A DNA stretch of 21,267 nt, from the IMG/VR virus record IMGVR_UViG_2645727669_000007. One strand, 5' to 3'. The position numbers and the translations under genes were made by a program. The DNA comes from a virus. Its lineage: Duplodnaviria > Heunggongvirae > Uroviricota > Caudoviricetes. Numbering within the stretch: position 1 is the first letter of the stretch; each line of letters starts with the position of its first letter. The notes under the pieces are model-generated. The model ran no database searches and was not told where the DNA came from. It worked only from the letters and a program-made list of their open reading frames with translations. Below are positions 7,159 through 14,700 of the stretch, piece after piece.

Positions 7159-9600
7159 TTAAAAATCAGCCTGACTCGGGATCAGTTTTTGCCAGATAGC
7201 TGAAACGTATTTTGCCTGGTAACGAGCGTCATCAAGTGCATTATGGCGCTCACCTTCGAATGGGATAGCAGTTCTGGCATCGAAGTCTATGGCTTTCCCC
7301 AGCTCAACGATTGTGCGTACATCGCGATCGTTGCAGTAGCGCCATGGGCAGGGGATACCCTGTCGTTCGTATGAACGGCGTAAAATCACGTTGTCGAAGT
7401 TGGCCCCATTACCCCAGACCTGAACAAAAAATTCACCGGAGTTTTCGTCGATAAATTCCCGCAATTGCAGTAGTGCATCATCTAACGGGATTTCATCGGT
7501 CATAATGGCAGACTGCGCTTCACGTGATTGCTTCAGCCACCATTTAATGACGTCACGATCAATGACTCCGCCAGCAGTATCCAGATCGATGGTCTTGCTA
7601 AATTCCGGTCCCATATCTCCGGTTTGTGGATCGAAAAATATTGCGCCTATTGAGATAATCGGGGCATCGGGATTTTTTCCCATGGTTTCAAGGTCGATCA
7701 TCAGATGAATCCCCGCTCTGCTGGTGGATGTGAGCTTATGATGACCATTCACCTTAATTAAGGGATCTGTCGCCTCGCCAGTTTTATTATCGCTGGCGTG
7801 ATGCTGATTGCCGCCAGGGTTCTCCTTGTGTGGATGTTCAGCGCCTTCCATTTCCTCCGGATCATTTTCCTGAACTTCAACCTGATTCTCTTCATCGAAT
7901 GTTTCCTGGTATGTTGCGTCGCCCATCACCGCGCCACAATCAGGGCAGTTGCCGCCACCGCTCTGACCGCAGGCGGTGCAGACTTTTTCCGGTTCCTGTT
8001 GCGCTACTGGTTCGGATTGTTTCGTTTCTGGCTCGTTTTGTAACGCATTTGGGCTGTTTTGTTCCGCTTTTTGGTCGTTCCGTTCCGATTCATGCTGGTT
8101 CTGGTTCACAGAATCGCGAGTCTGGATCCCCTTGACCCATTTCGGATCATTAGGGTCGCTAATCCCCTCAACAAATTCACCACGCGATACAGCAAGTAAC
8201 TTATCGGCGTCAGGCTGGCTGATATTGGCTGCCTGCATAATTTTGTTTACTTCGTCAGCGGTGACTTTTACTTGGTTAGCGGAACTCACCTGCGACTGAG
8301 CATCCAGCGACTGCGCGTTCTGGCCATGTTCAGTTGTATCCGGTTCCATTGTTTCAGTTGTTGCCTGTTCACCTGCCATTGCGTCAGATGGTTGTGGTTT
8401 TTCTTCTTCTGTTTCACGCTCAGTAACCACCTCGCGGTTAATTTTTTCCAGGATATCTTTTTCCGGCGTATGCCGGGCAGCTGTGAGAGTTTCCTTGCTG
8501 GGGTTCTCGTGATCAGTTTCCGTCAAATAGGCGTTGATATACCCCTGAAGGCGTCCCGGGTAGTGATAAAATTCAGGGTGTGCGCTTCGGATAAGTGCAA
8601 AAATAGCGGCGCGGGAATAGTCCAGAATACCCGGGGTTGCACGAAGTGCTGCGGACCATTCTTTGAACGGACTTTCTTTGTTCAGGACTACTTCTTTTGC
8701 GCGACGATAAACGCTGCCCGGAATTTCATAAATATTAAAATCCATCGGAAGTGTGGCTGCTGCAATCTCCACATCCAGTGTGTCGAGGGTGTGTACTAAA
8801 TTCGGATTGCGATCGGTTTTGTTCCCACCGCCAGCATTAGCACCGGAAGCCGTGCGGGTGATGCGTGAAACACGATTTCCTTTCATCCACTCTTTTGTCA
8901 GCAGACCCCGATCAGTGTAGTCAGCGTCCAGGTATGCTTCGAAAAAAGCAGTTATTAGTCCCAGGTCTGAATTACCAGGATTAGGGAAAACTTTGTCAGT
9001 GTCACGAACCAGTTTGTGGAGGTCGCGAATCTCCAGCGAGTCGAGCAGACTGGTTTTATGCGAAATAGCCAGGGCAGTAACAGCCGGTAGTTCTTCAGCC
9101 CGTGCAATGTGTAATGCCTGGAGTTCGTCGCGTGAAACGTGCGTTACTGGTTTTTCGCTGCCGTGTTGAGCAAGCCAACGAATGGGCAGTTCCTGACCGG
9201 AGACAGGCAGAAGCATGCTCTCCTCAATCTCAGTCATGTCTTCGCCGTTGATGTTGGTATTGTCAGTGCTGGCTGGTTTGTCCTGAACAGAGGGGGAAGG
9301 GCCGATAAATGTCATTGTGATGCCATCTTTCCCGCCTTTTTCATAGCGGTTGCAGAATTCAGTATCAAACACGCCTTCTGGCGGAAGGTCGTCAACAACG
9401 GGCAAATTGACGCGGACGGGTTTTTTAAAGTCGTCTTCATCATAATCGTTGTCATCCATTGCGGTAATGCAGCGGGAGATTGCAACAGATAATTTTTTTG
9501 CTGTAGTCCAGTAAAAACCACCTTTAATTCCTAGGCGTTTTCTTACTTTGTCATTTTTTGCTTCGCAATATAGTGCAAATTCTTCTTTATCAGTGCTCAT
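7159..9600 (-). CDS. RecE-family (exodeoxyribonuclease VIII-like) prophage protein with C-terminal DEDDh 3'-5' exonuclease domain
   Basis: 813-aa ORF. The C-terminus has DEDDh motifs: LMIDLETMG (exo I), WGNGANFDNVIL (exo II), HNALDDARY (exo III). The central region is acidic and low-complexity with a CTACGQSGGGNCPDCG zinc-ribbon-like motif. The N-terminal region resembles RecE from memory. Confidence 0.65.
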   Translation of the reverse strand: MSTDKEEFALYCEAKNDKVRKRLGIKGGFYWTTAKKLSVAISRCITAMDDNDYDEDDFKKPVRVNLPVVDDLPPEGVFDTEFCNRYEKGGKDGITMTFIGPSPSVQDKPASTDNTNINGEDMTEIEESMLLPVSGQELPIRWLAQHGSEKPVTHVSRDELQALHIARAEELPAVTALAISHKTSLLDSLEIRDLHKLVRDTDKVFPNPGNSDLGLITAFFEAYLDADYTDRGLLTKEWMKGNRVSRITRTASGANAGGGNKTDRNPNLVHTLDTLDVEIAAATLPMDFNIYEIPGSVYRRAKEVVLNKESPFKEWSAALRATPGILDYSRAAIFALIRSAHPEFYHYPGRLQGYINAYLTETDHENPSKETLTAARHTPEKDILEKINREVVTERETEEEKPQPSDAMAGEQATTETMEPDTTEHGQNAQSLDAQSQVSSANQVKVTADEVNKIMQAANISQPDADKLLAVSRGEFVEGISDPNDPKWVKGIQTRDSVNQNQHESERNDQKAEQNSPNALQNEPETKQSEPVAQQEPEKVCTACGQSGGGNCPDCGAVMGDATYQETFDEENQVEVQENDPEEMEGAEHPHKENPGGNQHHASDNKTGEATDPLIKVNGHHKLTSTSRAGIHLMIDLETMGKNPDAPIISIGAIFFDPQTGDMGPEFSKTIDLDTAGGVIDRDVIKWWLKQSREAQSAIMTDEIPLDDALLQLREFIDENSGEFFVQVWGNGANFDNVILRRSYERQGIPCPWRYCNDRDVRTIVELGKAIDFDARTAIPFEGERHNALDDARYQAKYVSAIWQKLIPSQADF

Positions 9601-9693
9601 TATTGGTAAACCTCATCACAGATTTAAGTGTGAACAAATCTCTGCCATTGCTGACATATAAGAATGAAACTGGATATTTATTACGGTGCTGTT

Positions 9694-9885
9694 TTAAAAT
9701 CCTGCCGGGATTTCGTTATTATCCTGGTGAATAACTTTATCGACCGGATAACAGTTGCCTGGAATTTTCTGTTCGGTTGCTGCTGCCATACATTCCTGCA
9801 TTGTTCTGTGAACACTGACTGCAATATCAACTGGCTCTCCGGAAACAAGAAAAACCGTCAGAATAAGTGCAAATACTGGATTCAT
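9694..9885 (-). CDS. ydfD: YdfD-like small membrane (lysis-associated) protein
   Basis: 63-aa product MNPVFALILTVFLVSGEPVDIAVSV... whose ATG overlaps the dicB stop (ATGA). Matches Qin-prophage YdfD from memory. Confidence 0.5.
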   Translation of the reverse strand: MNPVFALILTVFLVSGEPVDIAVSVHRTMQECMAAATEQKIPGNCYPVDKVIHQDNNEIPAGF

Positions 9886-10070
9886 TGTGCACATCCTTTT
9901 GGCATCAGACGTAAACGGGCCAGCATTGAAACAATGCATACTTTATTTAATAACTCCCGTTCGTGTTTTCTTTTGTTAATGGCATCTTCAGTAAATACAG
10001 GATTACTGATAGTGACACCAATTTCAAAACAACCTTCAGACGTATTAACGTTTGGTAATAACGTTTTCAT
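9882..10070 (-). CDS. dicB: DicB cell-division inhibitor (MinC-activating)
   Basis: 62-aa product MKTLLPNVNTSEGCFEIGVTISNPVFTEDAINKRK...MPKGCAQ lies directly downstream of the DicF sequence. Length and sequence match DicB from memory. Confidence 0.65.
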   Translation of the reverse strand: MKTLLPNVNTSEGCFEIGVTISNPVFTEDAINKRKHERELLNKVCIVSMLARLRLMPKGCAQ

Positions 10071-10239
10071 TTTCGCGCCCTCAACAATGAGTTTTGTGAT
10101 GCGGTGCCTGGTGCCTCCAGGTGACGTTAACCAGTTAACAATTAACGCCGGATACAGAGAATCCACCCATAACACTGTTTTTGGTTTTAACTGTTCCGCG
10201 TGCGCTTAGCCGCATTCACCGCATCACAAAATTCACTTT

Positions 10240-10297
10240 AAAAAGGGCGGCAGAGCAGTCACGGAGTAAAACTGATACCGCCAAACGTCACCAGAAA
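10240..10297 (-). ncRNA. dicF: DicF small RNA (ftsZ-targeting sRNA) with intrinsic terminator
   Basis: Minus strand reads TTTCTGGTGACGTTTGGCGGTATCAGTTTTACTCCGTGACTGCTCTGCCGCCCTTTTT. This matches the DicF sequence as I recall it and includes a GGCGG...CCGCC stem plus U-run. It lies between the ydfC-like and dicB genes, as in the Qin dicB operon. Confidence 0.7.
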
Positions 10298-10637
10298 ATT
10301 GATAACAGAGGGCGTTGCAGCGGAGTTGTCACTTAAGCGTATGGTCAACCTGACAACCCGGTGTCCTCAACGGGGAAGGAATAACCCCGCCATACTTACC
10401 GCCGCGCCATTTCGCGGAGTGCCACAACCGGAAGCGCACGGTCGACGAAAATTTAACGACAGGCTATCTATGAACCAGCTACCTCGCCGTGCGCTTTCGC
10501 GTTATGGTCTGACTTTTCATGGAAATATCCTTTCAGTAAACTGTCAGTGCCGGATGCTCACCCGTGTCCGGCGCACGCACTCCACCTCACCCGTGGAGAA
10601 CTCCTTAATTACCAACCTTAGCTTCGTTGGTTAGCTA

Positions 10638-10856
10638 TTAACGCGGGTATGTAATCATTCTGGCAATGCTTAATGCCGCTGCTTTTTCCAGATTGGTGAT
10701 ATCCTGCTCCAGAGCGGACAGATTTTCAGCCTGCTTAGCCCTGGCTTCATTGGCCCATTTCAGATCCTGCGCTGCATTAATTTTCTGGCGCATCCACTCA
10801 TAAAGTTCATCATCGGTATAGTCTGGCGCGATGATGACGGGTTCTCGTTTCTGCAT
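10638..10856 (-). CDS. ydfC: YdfC-like prophage protein (coiled-coil)
   Basis: 72-aa ORF with GAGGAA upstream, in the dicB operon position between the ydfB-like gene and dicF. Confidence 0.5.
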   Translation of the reverse strand: MQKREPVIIAPDYTDDELYEWMRQKINAAQDLKWANEARAKQAENLSALEQDITNLEKAAALSIARMITYPR

Positions 10857-10885
10857 ACTGATTCCTCGCGGTGCTGCTTCGCTTA

Positions 10886-11014
10886 TCAGCCGTTAGATTT
10901 TGCCGAGCTGGAAAGCGCCTGTTTAAACTCACTGAAGCTGAGAGCTTCTTCGCCTTCGGCAAGGCCTTCGAAGTATTCTTCGTAAGTCTTTTCCATGATT
11001 GTGTCGAAATCCAT
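10886..11014 (-). CDS. ydfB: YdfB/YdaG-like small acidic protein
   Basis: 42-aa ORF MDFDTIMEKTYEEYFEGLAEGEEALSFSEFKQALSSSAKSNG, absent from the ORF track because it is under 60 aa. Has an AGGTGAGTG ribosome-binding site and fits the operon context. Confidence 0.45.
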   Translation of the reverse strand: MDFDTIMEKTYEEYFEGLAEGEEALSFSEFKQALSSSAKSNG

Positions 11015-11015
11015 A

Positions 11016-11171
11016 TCACTCACCTGAGTTTCTTTCCAGCCAGCGACGGGCACCATTTTCGGTTTTAAACGTTTTGCTTTTGGTATACGTCATCGCGGTG
11101 AATGTGCCGTCCTGGTTGGGAAACACGCCGTACACCAGAGATTCGTTGTTGCCAAGATCGATAGTATCCAT
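11016..11171 (-). CDS. ydfA: YdfA/YdaF-like (DUF1391-type) small prophage protein
   Basis: 51-aa product MDTIDLGNNESLVYGVFPNQDGTFTAMTYTKSKTFKTENGARRWLERNSGE with GAGG upstream. It is the first gene of the leftward early operon. The ORF-track start at 11252 is an unlikely extension. Confidence 0.5.
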   Translation of the reverse strand: MDTIDLGNNESLVYGVFPNQDGTFTAMTYTKSKTFKTENGARRWLERNSGE

Positions 11172-11326
11172 GTTGACCTCATTTCCCCTTAACGCCGGGG
11201 TAGCGGAACAAAAACCTGCTGCATAGTTATTAAAGTTGAACCCTGCCGTCATGTTCTTACGCCTCGGGCTGGCTACTTAACCCCTGACCACTGCCTGGTA
11301 ACTCGAAGTATTGCCCTGCATTCTGT

Positions 11327-11351
11327 GGGGTGGGGTGGGGTGGGGTGAGGG
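11327..11351 (+). repeat. (GGGGT)4 G-tract repeat, canonical G-quadruplex motif
   Basis: GGGGTGGGGTGGGGTGGGGTGAGGG read directly in the intergenic region between the cI-like gene and the early-left operon. Confidence 0.8.
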
Positions 11352-11474
11352 AATGAATGAAGTTTAGAAAAATGAACTTTTTAGGTCAATGTTTTTTTTA
11401 TCAAAACATTTTAAGCAGGCAGCTGTTAAGCCATCGCCACGATGGCATACAGTTAATCAAATAGATGAGGTTGG

Positions 11475-12113
11475 TTAAATATCTTGTTGAATTTTAAAGC
11501 ATACGCCCAATATGCAAGATAGATCATCCAGCATAATTGAAGGGTAGCGAGGATTCGTGGGGACTAAAAGAATATCCGGCCCTTCTATCTCCAGTTTACG
11601 AATGACAGGTGTTGTGGTCCCTTTGGGTAAGGCAAGGACAATATTTCCTGGTTGTACGGTTCGATCGGGATCAACAAAAACTGTTGAACCATTTGGGATG
11701 GAAACTCCCCCACCAGATGTTGACATACTGTCACTCTCTAGAACAACTGCAAAGGTATTGGCCGGGATTTCTCCGACAAGCTGCACACAAGAGGTTATTG
11801 AGGAATTTTTCATATAATCACTCCAGCTTGCTGCCTGCTGAAGTGATAGTAGCGGAACCGTTTTTATCGGCGGTAAAGATAGATCAAGCGAATCACCTGT
11901 ATTTAACTCTCCTCCATTAAGAAGCCAATTTTCGTTTACTTTCAATATCTTTGCCAGTGAACTTATGTAACGCGAGGACGGCGCTCCTCCACCGTTCATC
12001 CATTGACTTACGGAGCCTTTTGATGCGCCAGTGGCATTGACAAGGTCTTTGCCTTTCAGGTTTAGCGCATGCATACGTTGGGTTATGCGTTCAGATATTG
12101 TTTGCTTGCTCAT
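11475..12113 (-). CDS. CI-like prophage repressor (N-terminal HTH, C-terminal S24/LexA-like peptidase domain)
   Basis: 212-aa ORF. HTH region is LKGKDLVNATGASKGSVSQWMNG. The S24 region has a Ser motif (LESDSMS) and Lys motif (PVIRKLEIEG). It is transcribed divergently from a cro-like gene. Confidence 0.85.
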   Translation of the reverse strand: MSKQTISERITQRMHALNLKGKDLVNATGASKGSVSQWMNGGGAPSSRYISSLAKILKVNENWLLNGGELNTGDSLDLSLPPIKTVPLLSLQQAASWSDYMKNSSITSCVQLVGEIPANTFAVVLESDSMSTSGGGVSIPNGSTVFVDPDRTVQPGNIVLALPKGTTTPVIRKLEIEGPDILLVPTNPRYPSIMLDDLSCILGVCFKIQQDI

Positions 12114-12204
12114 GTTTTGATTTTAAAACACAGATGGTTTTGTTTCTTGACTTTCTTTGGTTTTGATTATTAAACTTTTGGCGTTCAGTTTTATGGAGCG
12201 ACTC
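12114..12204. promoter_or_regulatory. Divergent cI/cro promoter-operator region with three repeated GTTTTG(A/T)TT motifs
   Basis: 91-bp gap containing ATGTTTTGATTTT, TGGTTTTGTTTC and TGGTTTTGATTA, spaced roughly 21 to 24 bp apart, plus a TTGACT hexamer. Confidence 0.4.
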
Positions 12205-12435
12205 ATGAAAAAATCAGAAGTATTAGGCTATTTTGGCGGAGTTGTTAAAACAGCCGCAGCTCTAGGAACGTCAAAAACCACAGTCAGCATGTGGGGGGAA
12301 GAGGTTCCGTGGAAATGGGCGTTGCTAATTCAGGCAGTCACTGCCGGGGCGCTCAAATATGAGTTACACATACCGACGGTTGTCATTCCCGGTTCTGATC
12401 ATAATCCGCCTTCTAACCAAGGGGAGGATTCATGA
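12205..12435 (+). CDS. Cro-like (DicC/YdaS-family) small DNA-binding regulator
   Basis: 76-aa product MKKSEVLGYFGGVVKTAAALGTSKTTVSMWGEEVP... with GGAG upstream, divergent from the repressor. The ORF-track start at 12157 is an extension. Confidence 0.6.
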   Translation: MKKSEVLGYFGGVVKTAAALGTSKTTVSMWGEEVPWKWALLIQAVTAGALKYELHIPTVVIPGSDHNPPSNQGEDS

Positions 12436-12857
12436 AAATCAAGCATGAACACATCCGCATGGCGATGAATGCCTGGGCGCGTCCTGATGGCGAAAAAGTT
12501 CCAGCAGCTGGAATAACCCAGGCTTATTTTGAGTTGGGTATGACGTTTCCTGAACTGTATGACGACAGCCATCCGGAAGCCTTGGCTCGCAATACCCAGA
12601 AAATTTTCCGCTGGGTAGAGAAAGACACCCCTGATGCAGTTGAAAAAATTCAGGCGTTGTTACCAGCGATCGAAAAGGCAATGCCACCTTTGCTGGTGGC
12701 CAGAATGCGCAGCCACAGTTCAGCTTATTTTCGGGAGCTGGTGGAGACGCGGGAGCGATTGGTGAGAGACGCTGATGATTTTGTCGCAGTGGCAATCGCC
12801 GGTTTCAATCAGATGAACCGTGGTGGCCCGGCAGGAAATGCTGTGGCAGTACATTGA
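12432..12857 (+). CDS. YdaT-like prophage protein (CII position)
   Basis: 141-aa ORF whose ATG overlaps the cro stop (ATGA) and is preceded by GGAGGA. Family assignment is by position and from memory of YdaT only. Confidence 0.4.
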   Translation: MKIKHEHIRMAMNAWARPDGEKVPAAGITQAYFELGMTFPELYDDSHPEALARNTQKIFRWVEKDTPDAVEKIQALLPAIEKAMPPLLVARMRSHSSAYFRELVETRERLVRDADDFVAVAIAGFNQMNRGGPAGNAVAVH

Positions 12858-12928
12858 CTGACAATAGCCATATCGAATCGCTTCCGGCAACTCGTGAGTA
12901 AAAAGATTCGGTATCAGAAGAGGTGAGT

Positions 12929-13999
12929 ATGGCTAACGCCTGGCTCAGATTATGGCATGACATGCCAAATGACCCTAAGTGGCGAACAATTGCCAGGGTG
13001 TCAGGGCAGCCAATTGCAACAGTGATGGCAGTGTATATCCACCTCCTGGTGAGCGCGTCACGAAATGTCACGCGAGGTCACATTGATGTCACGACAGAAG
13101 ATTTGGCAAGTGCGCTCGACGTAACAGAAGAGGTAATTGATTCAATTTTGCAGACGATGCAGGGGCGGGTACTTGATGGTGATTTAATCACTGGATGGGA
13201 AAAACGCCAAGTGCTTAAAGAGGACAACGGCAATATATCGCAAACCGCAAAATCTCCTGCAGAGCGCAAGAGGGCGCAGCGAGAGAGGGAAAGAAAGCGG
13301 GAACAAAATGGCGATTGTCACGGCGCGTCACGAAATGTCACGCACATGTCACGACGAGTCACGACAGATAAAGATACAGATAAAGATACAGATCAAGAAG
13401 ATCAAAATACTATGGTCCATGGCGTAAAAAACGCCACGAACCAGGCAGGGGATGTTCAGGCCGTCAATCCTGGTCAGCCAGCAGGCACGACACCGGAAGC
13501 CGATTCAGCGTATGCGCTGAAAGCCGATTCGGGCGCTGTGCAGCAGGTGATGACCGCAAGGCCGGAGCAATCACACCAACTGCAGCAGCCTGAAGCCGAT
13601 TCCGCCATTCAGCGGGAAGCCGATCGGGTAGTTCCGGAAAACACCGGGCAGTCTGTGGGACGAGTGGATTATCCGGATGTGTTCGAACAGGTCTGGCGGG
13701 AGTACCCGTTGCGTGCTGGGGCAAACCCGAAGAAATCCGCTTTCAGTGCCTGGAAGGCCAGATTACGCGAGGGGGTGCCACCAGAGGCCATGCTGGATGG
13801 CGTGAGGCGTTACGCAAGATATCTGGCGGCTACCGGGAAAGCGGGAACGGAATTTGTTCAGCGAGCGACGACGTTTTTTGGACCGGACCGGAATTTTGAA
13901 AACCCCTGGTTGCTCCCGGTAAGCGGTACGAATAACCAGCGTTGCGTGAATCACATTTCTGAACCAGATACCGAAATTCCACCGGGCTTCAGGGGGTAA
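12929..13999 (+). CDS. Phage replication initiation / replisome-organizer-like protein containing the origin iterons
   Basis: ATG at 12929 with GAGGTGA upstream (the ORF track starts at a GTG at 12923). N-terminus is WLRLWHDMPNDPKWRTIARV. There is an acidic KDTDKDTDQEDQ linker. Two iteron arrays lie inside the coding sequence. Confidence 0.55.
   Translation: MANAWLRLWHDMPNDPKWRTIARVSGQPIATVMAVYIHLLVSASRNVTRGHIDVTTEDLASALDVTEEVIDSILQTMQGRVLDGDLITGWEKRQVLKEDNGNISQTAKSPAERKRAQRERERKREQNGDCHGASRNVTHMSRRVTTDKDTDKDTDQEDQNTMVHGVKNATNQAGDVQAVNPGQPAGTTPEADSAYALKADSGAVQQVMTARPEQSHQLQQPEADSAIQREADRVVPENTGQSVGRVDYPDVFEQVWREYPLRAGANPKKSAFSAWKARLREGVPPEAMLDGVRRYARYLAATGKAGTEFVQRATTFFGPDRNFENPWLLPVSGTNNQRCVNHISEPDTEIPPGFRG
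13057..13093. repeat. Iteron array 1: four GTCAC(G/A) repeats at 10-11 bp spacing
   Basis: GTCACG at 13057, 13067 and 13088, with GTCACA at 13077, read directly from the sequence. Confidence 0.7.
13317..13363. repeat. Iteron array 2: five GTCACG repeats at 10-11 bp spacing, followed by an A-rich GATAAAGATACAGATAAAGATACAGATCAAGAAGATCAAAAT tract
   Basis: GTCACG at 13317, 13327, 13337, 13348 and 13358. The first 21 bp (GCGCGTCACGAAATGTCACGC) are identical to array 1. Confidence 0.7.
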
Positions 14000-14039
14000 G
14001 TGTTGATTTCTGGTCATGAGGTAATTTTCAGGAGGACTT

Positions 14040-14462
14040 GTGGCAAAAGTTTTTACACAAGAAGAGCGAGAAAAAATTAAAGGGCAGGTTGTTGAACTCG
14101 TACGCCAGAGTGGGCGTGAGACGTTACGGCAACTGGAAGTCAAGACAGGTGCGACAAGATATCTGATGAGCGTTCTCGCAAGAGAGCTGGTTGCCAGCGG
14201 CGATGTATACAACTCTGGTTACGGGTTATTCCCGTCTGAACAGGCGCGTAAGGACTGGCAAAATGCCCGTAAAAAGCTCTCAAGGGCAAAGCTGAAGAAA
14301 CCATCTGCGGTTGATCCGGACCTTATCTGGTCATTACCTGATGGAGAAATACGTCGTTACGACAGGCGTCATAATATAATTTGTACTGAGTGTCGTAAAA
14401 GCGAAGTTATGCAGCGGATATTGTCGTTTTATCAGGGGGATGTTCGGTATTTTTTGAAGTGA
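14040..14462 (+). CDS. Hypothetical prophage protein
   Basis: 140-aa ORF with a GTG start 4 nt after AGGAGG. Basic residues and a CTECRK motif. No family recognised. Confidence 0.4.
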   Translation: MAKVFTQEEREKIKGQVVELVRQSGRETLRQLEVKTGATRYLMSVLARELVASGDVYNSGYGLFPSEQARKDWQNARKKLSRAKLKKPSAVDPDLIWSLPDGEIRRYDRRHNIICTECRKSEVMQRILSFYQGDVRYFLK

Positions 14463-14700
14463 CGAGATTAAAGTGCATTAGTTCAGATGTAAATTGACAT
14501 TTTGTGGCACAGGGTAGAGCTAGCGTGGTTGTCCGCTTTGTGCCAAAAGCAGACATTGATAACATTGAGATATGTTAATTTATAGGGAGCAGCTCAAGGC
14601 CCACTGGAACTTCCAGTTTTTGCCCCTGAAACCGTTCCCAATGAGCACTTCCATCTGAAGACTGCGCAGTCTTAGTTTTCGTTGCCTTTAGTTTATCCCT

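Noticed and set aside
7505-9492. Several plus-strand ORFs (7505..7708, 7798..8043, 7830..8135, 7976..8299, 8272..8799, 9139..9492)
   Set aside because: All are antisense to the 813-aa RecE-like gene, overlap one another in different frames, and have Cys/Arg/Phe-rich compositions typical of frame shadows.
10299-10634. Plus-strand ORF of 111 aa
   Set aside because: It lies opposite the DicF sRNA and the dicB-operon spacer. It is Arg/Pro-rich with no start context. The region is better explained as the transcribed, processed DicF precursor on the minus strand.
12439-14212. Minus-strand ORFs 12439..12795, 12805..13071, 13078..13269, 13464..13724 and 13763..14212
   Set aside because: They are antisense to the cro-side operon genes (YdaT-like and the replication gene), have Pro/Arg-rich low-complexity products, and no start signals.
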